51,712 nt of DNA from an uncultured Oscillospiraceae bacterium (lineage in GTDB: Bacteria > Bacillota > Clostridia > Saccharofermentanales > UBA5734), in assembly GCA_964507305.1 (NCBI GenBank), contig CAZDPQ010000002.1, forward strand, positions 1 to 51,712, written 5' to 3'. Shown here one piece after another: positions 33,653 to 42,964 of this stretch. Under the pieces are notes generated by a model. That model ran no database searches. It had not been told where the DNA came from and was given only the letters and a program-made list of their open reading frames with translations. A program made the position numbers and the translations under genes. The number at the start of each line of letters is the position of its first letter. Within the stretch, counting starts at the first letter, position 1.

Positions 33653-34855
33653 TTATCGGTACATGCCTTTCGCGATCGCCTCGACCAGAAGAAACGCGGA
33701 ATTCTTGATCCGCGTCTCGAGCCTGTCCGCTTCAAAGACTTCTTCAAGGTATCCGAGCGAATCGTAATTGGTTCCGCTGATCCTGCCTTTGGTCTCGCCG
33801 AAATAGGGGTTCTTGCTTTCGGTCTGGGCGCCGGCGGATGATTCGAAGTATTCGAAAGACTCCATGAAGACGCAAGGAATGTCCATTTCGTCGAAAATCG
33901 AATAATCCGATCGTGTCGTCGTGATCTCCCGATAAACATCCTCGGTCCCGTCGCTGTTGGCGTCGATATCCAGATCCGACTCATTGAATCGAAGGTCGAT
34001 GGAGTTGGCGATGGCTACGTCCGAAAGTTCGTAAAGCTTTCTGCGCCTGAGGTATTTTTCTCCCGCTTCGAGCGAATTGAGGCCGGCATGGGCGTACAGC
34101 TTGTCTCCCGCATAGATCCGTTCGACGCAATACATCGCGTCGGCCGAAGCGATGTCCGAGGCGCTCATGGAGGCCGCGAATGTCCGGGCGCCCAGAAAAT
34201 CATCATGCCCGGCGCCGAAAAATACCAGGATGACGTCATATCCGTTGCGCCGTGACCTGAGTTCTTTCGCCACCGATATCAGCGCGCCGACTCCGGACGC
34301 GTTGTCATTGATCCCGTCATAATCCGGGTATTTCGCGATATCTTCCGTGCCGAGCGGCGTGTCATAATGAGTCCCGAGGATCACGCTCCGGCTGATCTTC
34401 TCCACAGCAGCGGAAGCCGTGCCGGAAGCCATGCCGCTGACCGCGGTCTCGAACCCTGTCCCCTTGATCCTGACGATCACATTGACCGTCGACAGGTCGC
34501 CGTCCCGGCATTCCTGTATCTCGGGCTGATAGCCGAAGGCCCGGAGCTGTGCTTCGATCAGGCCGGCGACGGCGCTTTCCTCCGGAGATCCTGCCTTGCG
34601 GAACGGATATTGCGTGGCGATGGTCCTGGCAAAAGCGATGCCTTCGTTGCCGATCACGGCGACCGGTTCGGCTGCGCCGCCGTCGCCGCAGGCGGAAACA
34701 GCCATGAGGATGAGCGGCGCCAGGATCGCCGCGGCGGCCTTTCTCCATTGCGGTCCGATATGCATGTTCACGTGGCCTTTCGTCCCGTATGCCGGCTCTC
34801 CGGCGTTTCCCGTTCCTGCCGTAGAGTATAGCACATTCCCCTGCATTTGCAACAT
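33653..34855 (-). CDS. M28-family zinc aminopeptidase, probable lipoprotein
   Basis: LGTHYDT, GINDNASGVGALI and FFGAGHDD metal-site motifs. The ATG at 34855 has a GAGGG RBS. The alternative ATG at 34765 gives a canonical lipoprotein signal MHIGPQWRKAAAAILAPLILMAVSAC. Confidence 0.8.
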   Translation of the reverse strand: MLQMQGNVLYSTAGTGNAGEPAYGTKGHVNMHIGPQWRKAAAAILAPLILMAVSACGDGGAAEPVAVIGNEGIAFARTIATQYPFRKAGSPEESAVAGLIEAQLRAFGYQPEIQECRDGDLSTVNVIVRIKGTGFETAVSGMASGTASAAVEKISRSVILGTHYDTPLGTEDIAKYPDYDGINDNASGVGALISVAKELRSRRNGYDVILVFFGAGHDDFLGARTFAASMSASDIASADAMYCVERIYAGDKLYAHAGLNSLEAGEKYLRRRKLYELSDVAIANSIDLRFNESDLDIDANSDGTEDVYREITTTRSDYSIFDEMDIPCVFMESFEYFESSAGAQTESKNPYFGETKGRISGTNYDSLGYLEEVFEADRLETRIKNSAFLLVEAIAKGMYR

Positions 34856-34858
34856 GGG

Positions 34859-36331
34859 TCAGCCCTCGTCCGGAACGCAGAAGTAGCGGTAGATCCCGCT
34901 GGCGATCGCGTACGAGATCCTTTTTTGTCCGGCCGGATCCGTAAGGAACGCCCGGTCACCGCTGTTGCTGAGATACCCCATTTCGACCAGGGCGCTGACA
35001 AGATTGGCTTCACGCAGCACACAGAAATTGGCCTGGTAGAGCCCCTGATTACCTCTGAGTTCGAATTCCGTCTCGCTCTCGAGCAGATCCCGGAGGACAG
35101 ACGCGAAACGCCGTCTGGATGCGTCATCGTACATCTGGTACGAGGGATTCAGGGGGTTGGTCTTGAGTTCATTGGGCAGGAGCTTGTTTTCAACCGAATA
35201 AATCTTGTCGTTTGTCCCGTAATAGACTTCAAGGCCGTTCACATAGGATGCGCCTGCGACGCTGTTGCAATGCAGCGATACCACGATGATGTCCTTGTGT
35301 TCTGCCGAAATGTCAAAGAGCGTCCGCAGATCCGGGCAGGCGCCGAGGCCTTTCATGATGCCGCGCGACGATCCGCTCTCGGAATCGGAATTCTGGTCGA
35401 TCACGGATTGCATGGACGCGATGAGGCTGTCGGTGTAAACCGTGTCAAGGCCCTGCGCGGAAAGGATTTCACGGTGCTTTCGCAGGACGGTCATGTTGAT
35501 GATCGCCGCCCTGGCATACAAACCGAGATAAATGTCGGTGCTGCGGGTCAAGACGACATCCGCACCCATGTTCTCGAGTTCTGCGGCAACGATCAGTGCA
35601 ATGTCCAGATTGATTTTCTTCTCCGTGACCATTTTGCCGGAACCGGATGTGTAGACCGCTCCGCCGTCTCTCCCGCCATGGCCGGGATCCAGGATGACGG
35701 TGATACCCTTGAGGGGAAGATATCCGGGGCCCGTGGACTTTCCCGCGTAGCTTTCGGTCATGGCATCGTAGAAGCCGCTGACGGTATATTCCTCCGGCCA
35801 TTTCTGCAGGGTCCTCGGATCGGTCTGGGCCGGGTCTTCCGGTTCCGGCTCATTCATAGACAGAAGCGCGGTGAAAACATAGCCGCATTCTTCATCCAGG
35901 GTGACTACCCGGGTCCAGCTGCCCTCGGTCGACAGATAACGCAGCTTCGTCCCGTATACAAGCTTTTTGATGATATCGGAGCCGGAAGACGCTTCCGTTC
36001 GGAGATTGGCGCTGGTATCGGTCACATAGCGGTACAGCCGGATATCAGGCGTCGGTTCTGCTTCGGAAGATACGCCGGAGAGCTCCAGTGAAGAGCTGCT
36101 CTCGCTGTCCGGTTCTTCGCTGCTGACCTCCTCGCTGCTTTCCTCCAGGCTGCTCCCGTAGGAATACCCGTCTCCCGATCCTCCCGAGGATCCCGGGGCA
36201 GACGAATCTCCGTACGACCCGGGCAGATCCGTCGGGGACAGATCCCTGCAGGAAACCGCGCACAGGAGAAACAGCGGCAGAATGATCGACACGGTACGAA
36301 TAAGGCGGGATGCTCCGGTCTCTTTCCTCAT
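34859..36331 (-). CDS. N-acetylmuramoyl-L-alanine amidase (Amidase_3) lipoprotein with Ser-rich linker and SH3-like domain
   Basis: Lipobox LFLLCAVSC. Ser/Glu-rich region at 36047-36229. SH3b-like YRYVTDTSANLRTEASSGS...GSWTRV. Catalytic motifs VILDPGHGGRDGGA, VVSLHCNS and LVEMGYLSN. Confidence 0.85.
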   Translation of the reverse strand: MRKETGASRLIRTVSIILPLFLLCAVSCRDLSPTDLPGSYGDSSAPGSSGGSGDGYSYGSSLEESSEEVSSEEPDSESSSSLELSGVSSEAEPTPDIRLYRYVTDTSANLRTEASSGSDIIKKLVYGTKLRYLSTEGSWTRVVTLDEECGYVFTALLSMNEPEPEDPAQTDPRTLQKWPEEYTVSGFYDAMTESYAGKSTGPGYLPLKGITVILDPGHGGRDGGAVYTSGSGKMVTEKKINLDIALIVAAELENMGADVVLTRSTDIYLGLYARAAIINMTVLRKHREILSAQGLDTVYTDSLIASMQSVIDQNSDSESGSSRGIMKGLGACPDLRTLFDISAEHKDIIVVSLHCNSVAGASYVNGLEVYYGTNDKIYSVENKLLPNELKTNPLNPSYQMYDDASRRRFASVLRDLLESETEFELRGNQGLYQANFCVLREANLVSALVEMGYLSNSGDRAFLTDPAGQKRISYAIASGIYRYFCVPDEG

Positions 36332-36334
36332 GGT

Positions 36335-37537
36335 TCACCTGCAGAAATAGTCATGAACAGCTTCATATATCGAATCGGCGTAGATCCCGAGGTTGCCGTC
36401 GTCCAGCAGCACGGCCCTGTCCGATGTGTCGTTGACGAATCCCATCTCGATCAGAGCGCTCACCAGGTTGATCTCCCGGATGACGGAATAATCGGTCTCC
36501 TGGATGGCACCGTCTGCCAGGGTGTACACCATCTGCGGAAGGCTTGCGGTGATCTTCTCGTAAATCAGGGTCGAAAGGCGCAGCCGTGCTTCGTCGTTGT
36601 AATTCTGGTATTCCGGATACACGATGGATTTGGTCAGGACCGATTCTTTCTTATAAACCATGCTGTTGGACACATAGAAGACCCGGGTCCCGCTGATCGT
36701 ATCAGGGGTCTCGGACGCATTGCAGTGCAATGAAAGATAAATGCAATGGTCGTATCCGCCTTCGATGTCGAGGATGTTCTTCACCGCCTGGCTTACCCCG
36801 AGCGGGAAAAAGATGCCGTCCGGGTCATCATTGTCATTGACCTTGATCGTATCGTCCATCGCGCGGATATAGCCGGTGACGGCCGCGCGGTTCGGCGAAC
36901 CGTCATCCAGCCTGTCCAGGAAATCGCCGAGGATGAACTTTCCGACCAGGGCCGAACGGTAGTACAGCCTGTAAAAATAATCATCTTCCCGTGTCAGAAT
37001 GACCTGTGCGCCGGAGTCTTCCAACAGGTCCCTGAGCAGGAAAGCGACCTTCAGGTTGATCCTGCTCTCGATGATCTCCGGTGCGATCGGCGCTCTGGGG
37101 AATACCGCTCCGAGGTCTTCGCCCCCGTGTCCCGGGTCAAGAAAGACGACTGCGCCCGTGAGAGGTTTCGCGCTGCCCGCGGCGGCCTTGAAGGATGAAA
37201 GATCATATGCCGGGACGGGGAATCCGGGCTCGGCAGGCCATTTCTTGAATTTAGACGAAGAGGGCTGCGGACTCTGGACCGATGACAGGTCGATGTCATT
37301 TCCCCAGAACCGGGTTTCCGGCTCGGCTGTCGGCGACGGAGTCGTCTGGTCCGAAGATGATGCCGCCGCCGAAGAGGCGTCGCGGCTCGATGCGGGATCG
37401 TCAAGTCCCGGGCGGCCTATGGATACGGCGATGAGGATGGCTGCGGCGGCGCAGATCCCTACGATCAGGACCGGCAGCATGCGGTTCTTCTTCCTGCGTC
37501 TTCTCCTGGCTGTCTTTTTCAATCGGACCTCCTGCAA
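36335..37537 (-). CDS. N-acetylmuramoyl-L-alanine amidase (Amidase_3), membrane-anchored paralog
   Basis: Basic N-terminus plus TM (RRRRRKKNRMLPVLIVGICAAAAILIAV). VFLDPGHGGEDLGA, YLSLHCNA and LIEMGFVND. 3-nt gap to the downstream paralog. Confidence 0.85.
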   Translation of the reverse strand: MQEVRLKKTARRRRRKKNRMLPVLIVGICAAAAILIAVSIGRPGLDDPASSRDASSAAASSSDQTTPSPTAEPETRFWGNDIDLSSVQSPQPSSSKFKKWPAEPGFPVPAYDLSSFKAAAGSAKPLTGAVVFLDPGHGGEDLGAVFPRAPIAPEIIESRINLKVAFLLRDLLEDSGAQVILTREDDYFYRLYYRSALVGKFILGDFLDRLDDGSPNRAAVTGYIRAMDDTIKVNDNDDPDGIFFPLGVSQAVKNILDIEGGYDHCIYLSLHCNASETPDTISGTRVFYVSNSMVYKKESVLTKSIVYPEYQNYNDEARLRLSTLIYEKITASLPQMVYTLADGAIQETDYSVIREINLVSALIEMGFVNDTSDRAVLLDDGNLGIYADSIYEAVHDYFCR

Positions 37538-37616
37538 AAACGAACGGCGGCAAGCGGCTCATGGTGCCGGTATGGATGCCGGAACGGATGTGAACGTGAC
37601 CGGAGATATTATATCA

Positions 37617-38249
37617 TTAACCCTTCTGTTTTACATCACGGTTTCGGCACGGCGGTGCTTCCCGGATGCCGGTATGCAGGATCCGGCTTTCTGTCACGAT
37701 GATGTCGACCGGGACATCGTGCGGAGATGGTTCGATCTCCGTCAGGATCTGGAAGTCGAATGCCGGTGCGATGAGGATCGGAATACGGTCCGGCGGATAG
37801 GATGCGAGATAGCGGTCATAATAGCCTTTGCCATAGCCGATGCGGCTGCCCGACGGTGAAAAGGCGATCCCGGGGATGATCACCATGTCCATCAATGCCT
37901 GTTCCTCATCCGGTCCGTCCGGCTCCGGGATCCCGAGCCCCCCCGGACGGAATGATCCCGCCCTTTCCCCGCTTCCCGGCACACGCCGCATGCGGATCGC
38001 ACCGCCGGTCACCGCGGGGAAATAGCACTGCGCGCCGAAGCCGGAAAGTGCCGCGTGGATGCCGAGCGTATCCGGTTCGCCCCGGCAGCTGTAAAAAAGC
38101 GCGATCTTCCTGTCTTTGACATTCTCCGGCGAGAGGCATGCAAGCGACAGAAGGTTGTCCTGTATTATGGCGGACCGGCCGGCCCGCATCGCTTCGCTCT
38201 GCGTCTCGCGCAGGACGCGCACGCTATCGCGGATCGCCTGCTTGTCCAT
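37617..38249 (-). CDS. 5-formyltetrahydrofolate cyclo-ligase
   Basis: 210 aa. GIAFSPSGSRIGYGKGYYDRYL signature. Confidence 0.85.
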   Translation of the reverse strand: MDKQAIRDSVRVLRETQSEAMRAGRSAIIQDNLLSLACLSPENVKDRKIALFYSCRGEPDTLGIHAALSGFGAQCYFPAVTGGAIRMRRVPGSGERAGSFRPGGLGIPEPDGPDEEQALMDMVIIPGIAFSPSGSRIGYGKGYYDRYLASYPPDRIPILIAPAFDFQILTEIEPSPHDVPVDIIVTESRILHTGIREAPPCRNRDVKQKG

Positions 38250-38250
38250 G

Positions 38251-40047
38251 TCAGAAACCGGTCCCGTCCATTTCGAACATCATGGCGTCGATATATAGGT
38301 CTGTAAACTCCTTGTCTGAAGATAACTCGTAATAGCGGACTTTTTTCGCGAATCTGCGGCACCTGTCAAACAGGGTGTGGTTCAGAAGGCAGAGGGCGGC
38401 GCCCGCGGCCGAGGAATTGCCGATCGGCACGACCTTTCCCCTCAGCTCGGGAGGAAGAAGTCCGATGGTGAACGCGTCCGTGATATCCATGTAATTGCCG
38501 AACCCGCCGGCCACGAAAACATCGTCGACATCCTTCGGCTCAAGGCCCGAACGGGCGATCATCAGGCGTATCCCGGCGCATACGGCTGCTTTCGCATTCT
38601 GGATCTCGCGGATATCCTTCTGCGTCATATAGACTTCAGGTTTTCCGTCCGCGCCGAACGAAAACGCGTAGACCGTATTGCCGTCCAGCTCCGCAAAGCC
38701 CTTCCGGATCTCTTCGGGGAGCGTTTCCGGCTCTTCGCAGAAACGGCCTGTCTCGTCGATCACGCCTGACCGCAGGAATGCGGCCGCCGCCGATATGATC
38801 CCCGAACCGCAGATGCCTTCCGGCGGGCAGTCTCCGATCACAGTATGGTGAAGACGTCCGTCTTCGAATACGACGCGGTCGATCGCTCCTTCGATGCCGC
38901 CCGTCCCGCAGGTGATGTTGGCCCCTTCGAAGGCAGGTCCGGCTGCCGTGGAACACGAAACGATCGAATCCTCCCGGGACATCGCGATCTCTCCGTTCGT
39001 ACCGATGTCGATCAGGATGCCCGACCGTTTCGTCGTGTCCAGGTCCGCGGCAAGGATCCCCGCCGTGATATCGGCGCCGACATATCCGGATATCGAAGGA
39101 AGGAGCATGCAGACGGGGTCGATCCCGAAACGCGCGGCCTGCGCCGGGAACAGCTCACGGAACGGGCGGATCCGGCCGCTGAGCGTCACGGGGATGAACG
39201 GCGCCCTGGCAATGGCGGACGGATCGTAGCCGCAAAGCAGGTGCATCATCGTCGTGTTGCCGGCAAAGGACAGGCAGCGGACCGAATGGATGTCCTCTGA
39301 AAGTTCTCCCAGGAGCCTGAAGATTTCCTCGAGGATCAGGTCCTGGAGGATCCGCAGATGATCGTGCGATTGCGAAGCGAAATCGATCCTGGATATGACA
39401 TCGGCCCCGTATGACTTTTGCGGATTCAGGCTGTTGGCCGTACGGACATGCTTTCCGTCCCTGAGATCGAAAAGGCTCGCGGAAAGCGTCGTCGTGCCGA
39501 TGTCGACCGATACGCCGAGGATCTCCGCGGGTGTCCCGCCCGAACGGATGTCGATGATCTCTCCGATATCCTGACGGATCAGGCAGTCCACTTCATAATC
39601 CGCATTCCTCAGGATCTCCGGAAGAGACGGAACAATGGGAAGCGCGATCCCGGCGCCGGCCGCCCTCCTGATCCTGCGGTCGTCGGGAGTCTGGTCGGAG
39701 AGGTCGGGACGCTTCAGGCGCAGGGTTTTCTGTGTATTCAGGGGATCAAGGTAATAATCCGGCAGAAGGCCCATCGACCGGATCACGGCTCCCCCTCTCT
39801 CCGGGATCCGGACGATGATCTCGCCGCTTCCGTCCGCAACCAGATCAGGCGAGACGCGAGTCACGCAGGACAGCACCTCGCCCTTGCCCTCGATCCCGAC
39901 GGCGCACTTCCCGCACTTGCCGTGCCCTCCGCAGGGCGCCTCGATGTAAAACCTCGCGTTGCGGATGATATCCATGAGGAGCGCACCTTCCGGCGCATCC
40001 ACGACTTTTTCGCTCTTGGCGCTGATGATCCTGACTTTCATGCCCAT
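38251..40047 (-). CDS. RACo-type corrinoid reductive activase (2Fe-2S ferredoxin domain + ASKHA/DUF4445 ATPase)
   Basis: N-terminal CGGHGKCGKCAV...SC ferredoxin motif. ASKHA phosphate motifs GVSVDIGTTT and ILIDIGTNGEIA. 598 aa. Confidence 0.8.
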   Translation of the reverse strand: MGMKVRIISAKSEKVVDAPEGALLMDIIRNARFYIEAPCGGHGKCGKCAVGIEGKGEVLSCVTRVSPDLVADGSGEIIVRIPERGGAVIRSMGLLPDYYLDPLNTQKTLRLKRPDLSDQTPDDRRIRRAAGAGIALPIVPSLPEILRNADYEVDCLIRQDIGEIIDIRSGGTPAEILGVSVDIGTTTLSASLFDLRDGKHVRTANSLNPQKSYGADVISRIDFASQSHDHLRILQDLILEEIFRLLGELSEDIHSVRCLSFAGNTTMMHLLCGYDPSAIARAPFIPVTLSGRIRPFRELFPAQAARFGIDPVCMLLPSISGYVGADITAGILAADLDTTKRSGILIDIGTNGEIAMSREDSIVSCSTAAGPAFEGANITCGTGGIEGAIDRVVFEDGRLHHTVIGDCPPEGICGSGIISAAAAFLRSGVIDETGRFCEEPETLPEEIRKGFAELDGNTVYAFSFGADGKPEVYMTQKDIREIQNAKAAVCAGIRLMIARSGLEPKDVDDVFVAGGFGNYMDITDAFTIGLLPPELRGKVVPIGNSSAAGAALCLLNHTLFDRCRRFAKKVRYYELSSDKEFTDLYIDAMMFEMDGTGF

Positions 40048-40070
40048 TGCTGTCTCTCCTGTTCATGCTT

Positions 40071-41099
40071 TCATTTTTCTTCTCGACCGGCAGGCCATCG
40101 CCCGCCCGACGCGGCATAATTGGCCCTGTAAGCCGCTGCCGACTCCGCCGCAGCCGTGATCGCCTCCTGCATGCCGGTGATGCCCGCGATCCCTCGGCCC
40201 GCGATGTCGAACGCCGTCCCGTGGTCGACCGAAGTCCGCAGGAACGGCATGCCGAGTGTCATGGAGATCGTCCTGTCAAAATCATAGGTCTTCGCCGCGA
40301 TATGCCCCTGATCATGGTACAGGGAAAGCACGGCTGCATACCGGCCGGATTTTGCGAAATGGAAGACGCTGTCCGCGGGGACCGGCCCGGTGACAGGGAT
40401 CCCTTCCGCCTTTGCCCTGGCGACCGCGGGAACGATGTATTCCTCTTCCTCATTGCCGAAAAGCCCGTGCTCCCCGTTGTGCGGATTGAGGCCTGCAACG
40501 GCCAGAGGCCTGCCCGGATCTTCCGCGCCCAGAAGCCGCATGGAACCGTAAGCCTTGAGGATGCCGGCATACACACGCTCCTCCGTGATGAAAGAGCACG
40601 CTTCGCGGAGCGAAAGATGCCGCGTGAGGAAAAAAATCTTCAGGCCGAGCGTTCGGAACATCGTCACCGGATCCGTGCATCCGGTAAACTCCGCCAGCAG
40701 CTCCGTATGACCGATCGTGTCGATCCCCGCGGCGCGGAGCGCCTCCTTATTGACCGGCGCGGTGGCCATGGCATCGATGGCGCCTGAAAGAGCGAGTCCG
40801 GCCGCGTGCCGGATCGACTGCCAGGCCGAAAGCCCGCAGGAAGCCTGGATGATCCCATACTCATACGGAGCGCCGAAATCGCCGGTGTCCGCGATCGCCA
40901 GACCGGCGGGGTCGATGCCCGCAAGGCCGGCTTCCTTCCGGATAACATCAGCCGGCCCGATCAGAAGCGGCCTCGCCGCCGCCCTGACCACGCCGCCCGC
41001 GGCAGCCCGGACCGCGATCTCGGGTCCGATGCCCGCGATATCCCCGACCGGTATCCCGATGATTGGAAGACCCGGCATCTTCATCTGCCTTTCACCCAT
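40071..41099 (-). CDS. pdxA: PdxA-family NAD-dependent 4-hydroxythreonine-4-phosphate / 4-phospho-sugar-acid dehydrogenase
   Basis: GDIAGIGPEI, GHTELLA, NPHNGEHG and VDHGTAFDIAG. The true start may be the downstream ATG at 41078 (AAAGG 9 nt upstream). Confidence 0.82.
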   Translation of the reverse strand: MGERQMKMPGLPIIGIPVGDIAGIGPEIAVRAAAGGVVRAAARPLLIGPADVIRKEAGLAGIDPAGLAIADTGDFGAPYEYGIIQASCGLSAWQSIRHAAGLALSGAIDAMATAPVNKEALRAAGIDTIGHTELLAEFTGCTDPVTMFRTLGLKIFFLTRHLSLREACSFITEERVYAGILKAYGSMRLLGAEDPGRPLAVAGLNPHNGEHGLFGNEEEEYIVPAVARAKAEGIPVTGPVPADSVFHFAKSGRYAAVLSLYHDQGHIAAKTYDFDRTISMTLGMPFLRTSVDHGTAFDIAGRGIAGITGMQEAITAAAESAAAYRANYAASGGRWPAGREEK

Positions 41100-41246
41100 G
41101 CCGAAGCACCATGATCGTGTTTCTTATGATAAAATGTTTTCTGTAGCTCCGCAATGCCTAAAATTGCGCGAAATAGCACAATTATGCTCATAATAAAGCC
41201 ATTATACCGTATTTCCGCGAATGTTTGCGCGAAGAAAGGATCTCAC

Positions 41247-41693
41247 ATGTCCACATCCCACGTCCAGATCGTCATGGCATCCCACTGCAACGGATTTCAC
41301 AGGCTTTTCGGAGGGCAGCTGATGGGCTGGATCGACATCGTCGGCGCCGTCGAAGCCAAAAGGCACGCCATGTCCGGCGTCACCCTCAAAGCGGTGGACA
41401 GCCTTGATTTCCTGGCGCCGGTTTTCATGGATGAGACCGTTGCGCTGGAAGCGTCGGTCACCTGGACCGGAAAAACCTCGATGGAGGTCCGGGTGAACAC
41501 TTTTGTCGAAAAGCTCGACGGTACCCGCAGCCTTGTCAACAAGGCTTACCTGGTCTTCGTCGCGATCGGGGAAGACGGCAGGCCGGTTCCGGTCCGGCCT
41601 TTCATCCCCGCAACGCCCGAAGAGGAAGTCGAGATGCATGCTGCAGCAGGCAGGCACAGCAGACGGATCGGCCTGGCCGCCTCAGGACTTTGA
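41247..41693 (+). CDS. Hotdog-fold acyl-CoA thioesterase (YciA/YkhA-like)
   Basis: 148 aa from the internal ATG. VMASHCNGFHRLFGGQLMGWID...SMEVRV...AYLVFVAIGEDGRPVPV. The track start 41154 adds a non-coding-like leader. Confidence 0.78.
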   Translation: MSTSHVQIVMASHCNGFHRLFGGQLMGWIDIVGAVEAKRHAMSGVTLKAVDSLDFLAPVFMDETVALEASVTWTGKTSMEVRVNTFVEKLDGTRSLVNKAYLVFVAIGEDGRPVPVRPFIPATPEEEVEMHAAAGRHSRRIGLAASGL

Positions 41694-42950
41694 CAGGTCA
41701 AAATAATACGAATCGAGCAGATATTCTTCGCGGTATGTCATCGTCAGCCGCCGGAGGATGTTCTTGACAGAGGCAAGACTTGCGTTCCCTTTGACATAGG
41801 AATCGCATTTTTTCAAAAAGTCCTGCTTTTCCTTCGCACTGCAGCGATCCTTGAAATACCCCCAGACATGCATCGCCGCGTTGGCGGCATTGCCGGGCAG
41901 GATCTCCCGGCGCAACGCGTCTTCGGCAAGGTGGAAAAACACTGCTGCCGACGCCTGCTCCGGCGGATCACGGAAAAGGGACCTGCATTCGGCATAGATC
42001 CGCGGGGAGCGTTCCATTACGGCATATTTGTACCGCCCCCATTCCCTTTCGAGCATTCCGACAGGACAGGGGTCCGATGTGCACAGGATGCATTTCACTG
42101 CGGAAATATTTTTGTCTTTGACCTCGAGCATGATATCCGGCATGTCGGACCCAATCGAATCCCAAAAATCCAGAAATCCGTCGATCCCGATGCTCCGCGA
42201 ATGAGATCCGGGTCTGCCGCCGGGATCCTGCTGCGAATAATGGATCTTCGGCCTGCCGTCCGATGACCTCCAGGTCTTCGCGCATTCCCGGATCCATCCC
42301 GCGGCATCCATGGGCCCCGGGCTGCCGTTGACGGCTTGGTGCAGTGTGTCGAAAACGACCGGGATCCCCAGGCGGACGCCGGTTTCGAGAACATCGGCCG
42401 CGCCGAAGGACCTGTCGTCGTTTTCGATCACGATCCGTGCTCTGATCCGGCTGTCCAATTCACGGAAATTTTCTTCGAACCTGGCAGAAGCCCGTTTCTT
42501 ATCACCGTACGCGCCGCCCATGTGCAGAATGATTTTGTTCGACGCGTCCATTCCGAGGCCATCCAGAAACTTTACATGATATTCGATGTCCGCGACGGCA
42601 TTGCGCACCGTTCCGGGGTCGGGGGAATTCAGGACAGTGTATTGTCCGGGATGCATGGAAACACGCATCCCGCTCCGGCGGATCTTCCCGCCGATCTCCG
42701 CCAGTCTGCCGGCAAAGATCCTGTCCCATGACAGATCGTTGACGGGGCTGGACGCAAACGGGATGATGTCCGAGCTGATCCGGTAGAGGCGGATCCCCAT
42801 GCGGGCATTGTAGTCCGCCATGGTCTCGAGCGCGTCGAGGTTTTGCGCGATCAGGCCGGTCAGCCTTTCCTCATCGCAGCTTTTCATCCGGCAGCTTCCG
42901 ATTGCGCTGCCGGGGACTCCGAGCGCCAGACATGCATACCCGATGGCCAT
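41682..42950 (-). CDS. uvsE: UV damage endonuclease UvsE/UVDE fused to a C-terminal DUF1722 (YbgA-like) domain
   Basis: UVDE TIM-barrel motifs LYRISSDIIPFASS, SMHPGQYTVLNS, ILHMGGAYGDK and VIENDD. C-terminal ~120 aa WGRYKYAVMERSP...HVWGYFK...EEYLLDSYYF. GGGAGGG RBS precedes the ATG at 42950; the track start 42989 would overlap the upstream gene. Confidence 0.8.
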   Translation of the reverse strand: MAIGYACLALGVPGSAIGSCRMKSCDEERLTGLIAQNLDALETMADYNARMGIRLYRISSDIIPFASSPVNDLSWDRIFAGRLAEIGGKIRRSGMRVSMHPGQYTVLNSPDPGTVRNAVADIEYHVKFLDGLGMDASNKIILHMGGAYGDKKRASARFEENFRELDSRIRARIVIENDDRSFGAADVLETGVRLGIPVVFDTLHQAVNGSPGPMDAAGWIRECAKTWRSSDGRPKIHYSQQDPGGRPGSHSRSIGIDGFLDFWDSIGSDMPDIMLEVKDKNISAVKCILCTSDPCPVGMLEREWGRYKYAVMERSPRIYAECRSLFRDPPEQASAAVFFHLAEDALRREILPGNAANAAMHVWGYFKDRCSAKEKQDFLKKCDSYVKGNASLASVKNILRRLTMTYREEYLLDSYYFDLSKS

Positions 42951-42964
42951 GAAGCCCTCCCGAT

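Noticed and set aside
33409-33984. 191-aa minus ORF and 33076-33321- overlapping the hemW/M28 gap.
   Set aside because: 33409-33984- runs antisense or off-frame into the M28 gene. Both are R/S/P-rich with no motifs. The plus-strand 179-aa ORF is the better, though still weak, candidate.
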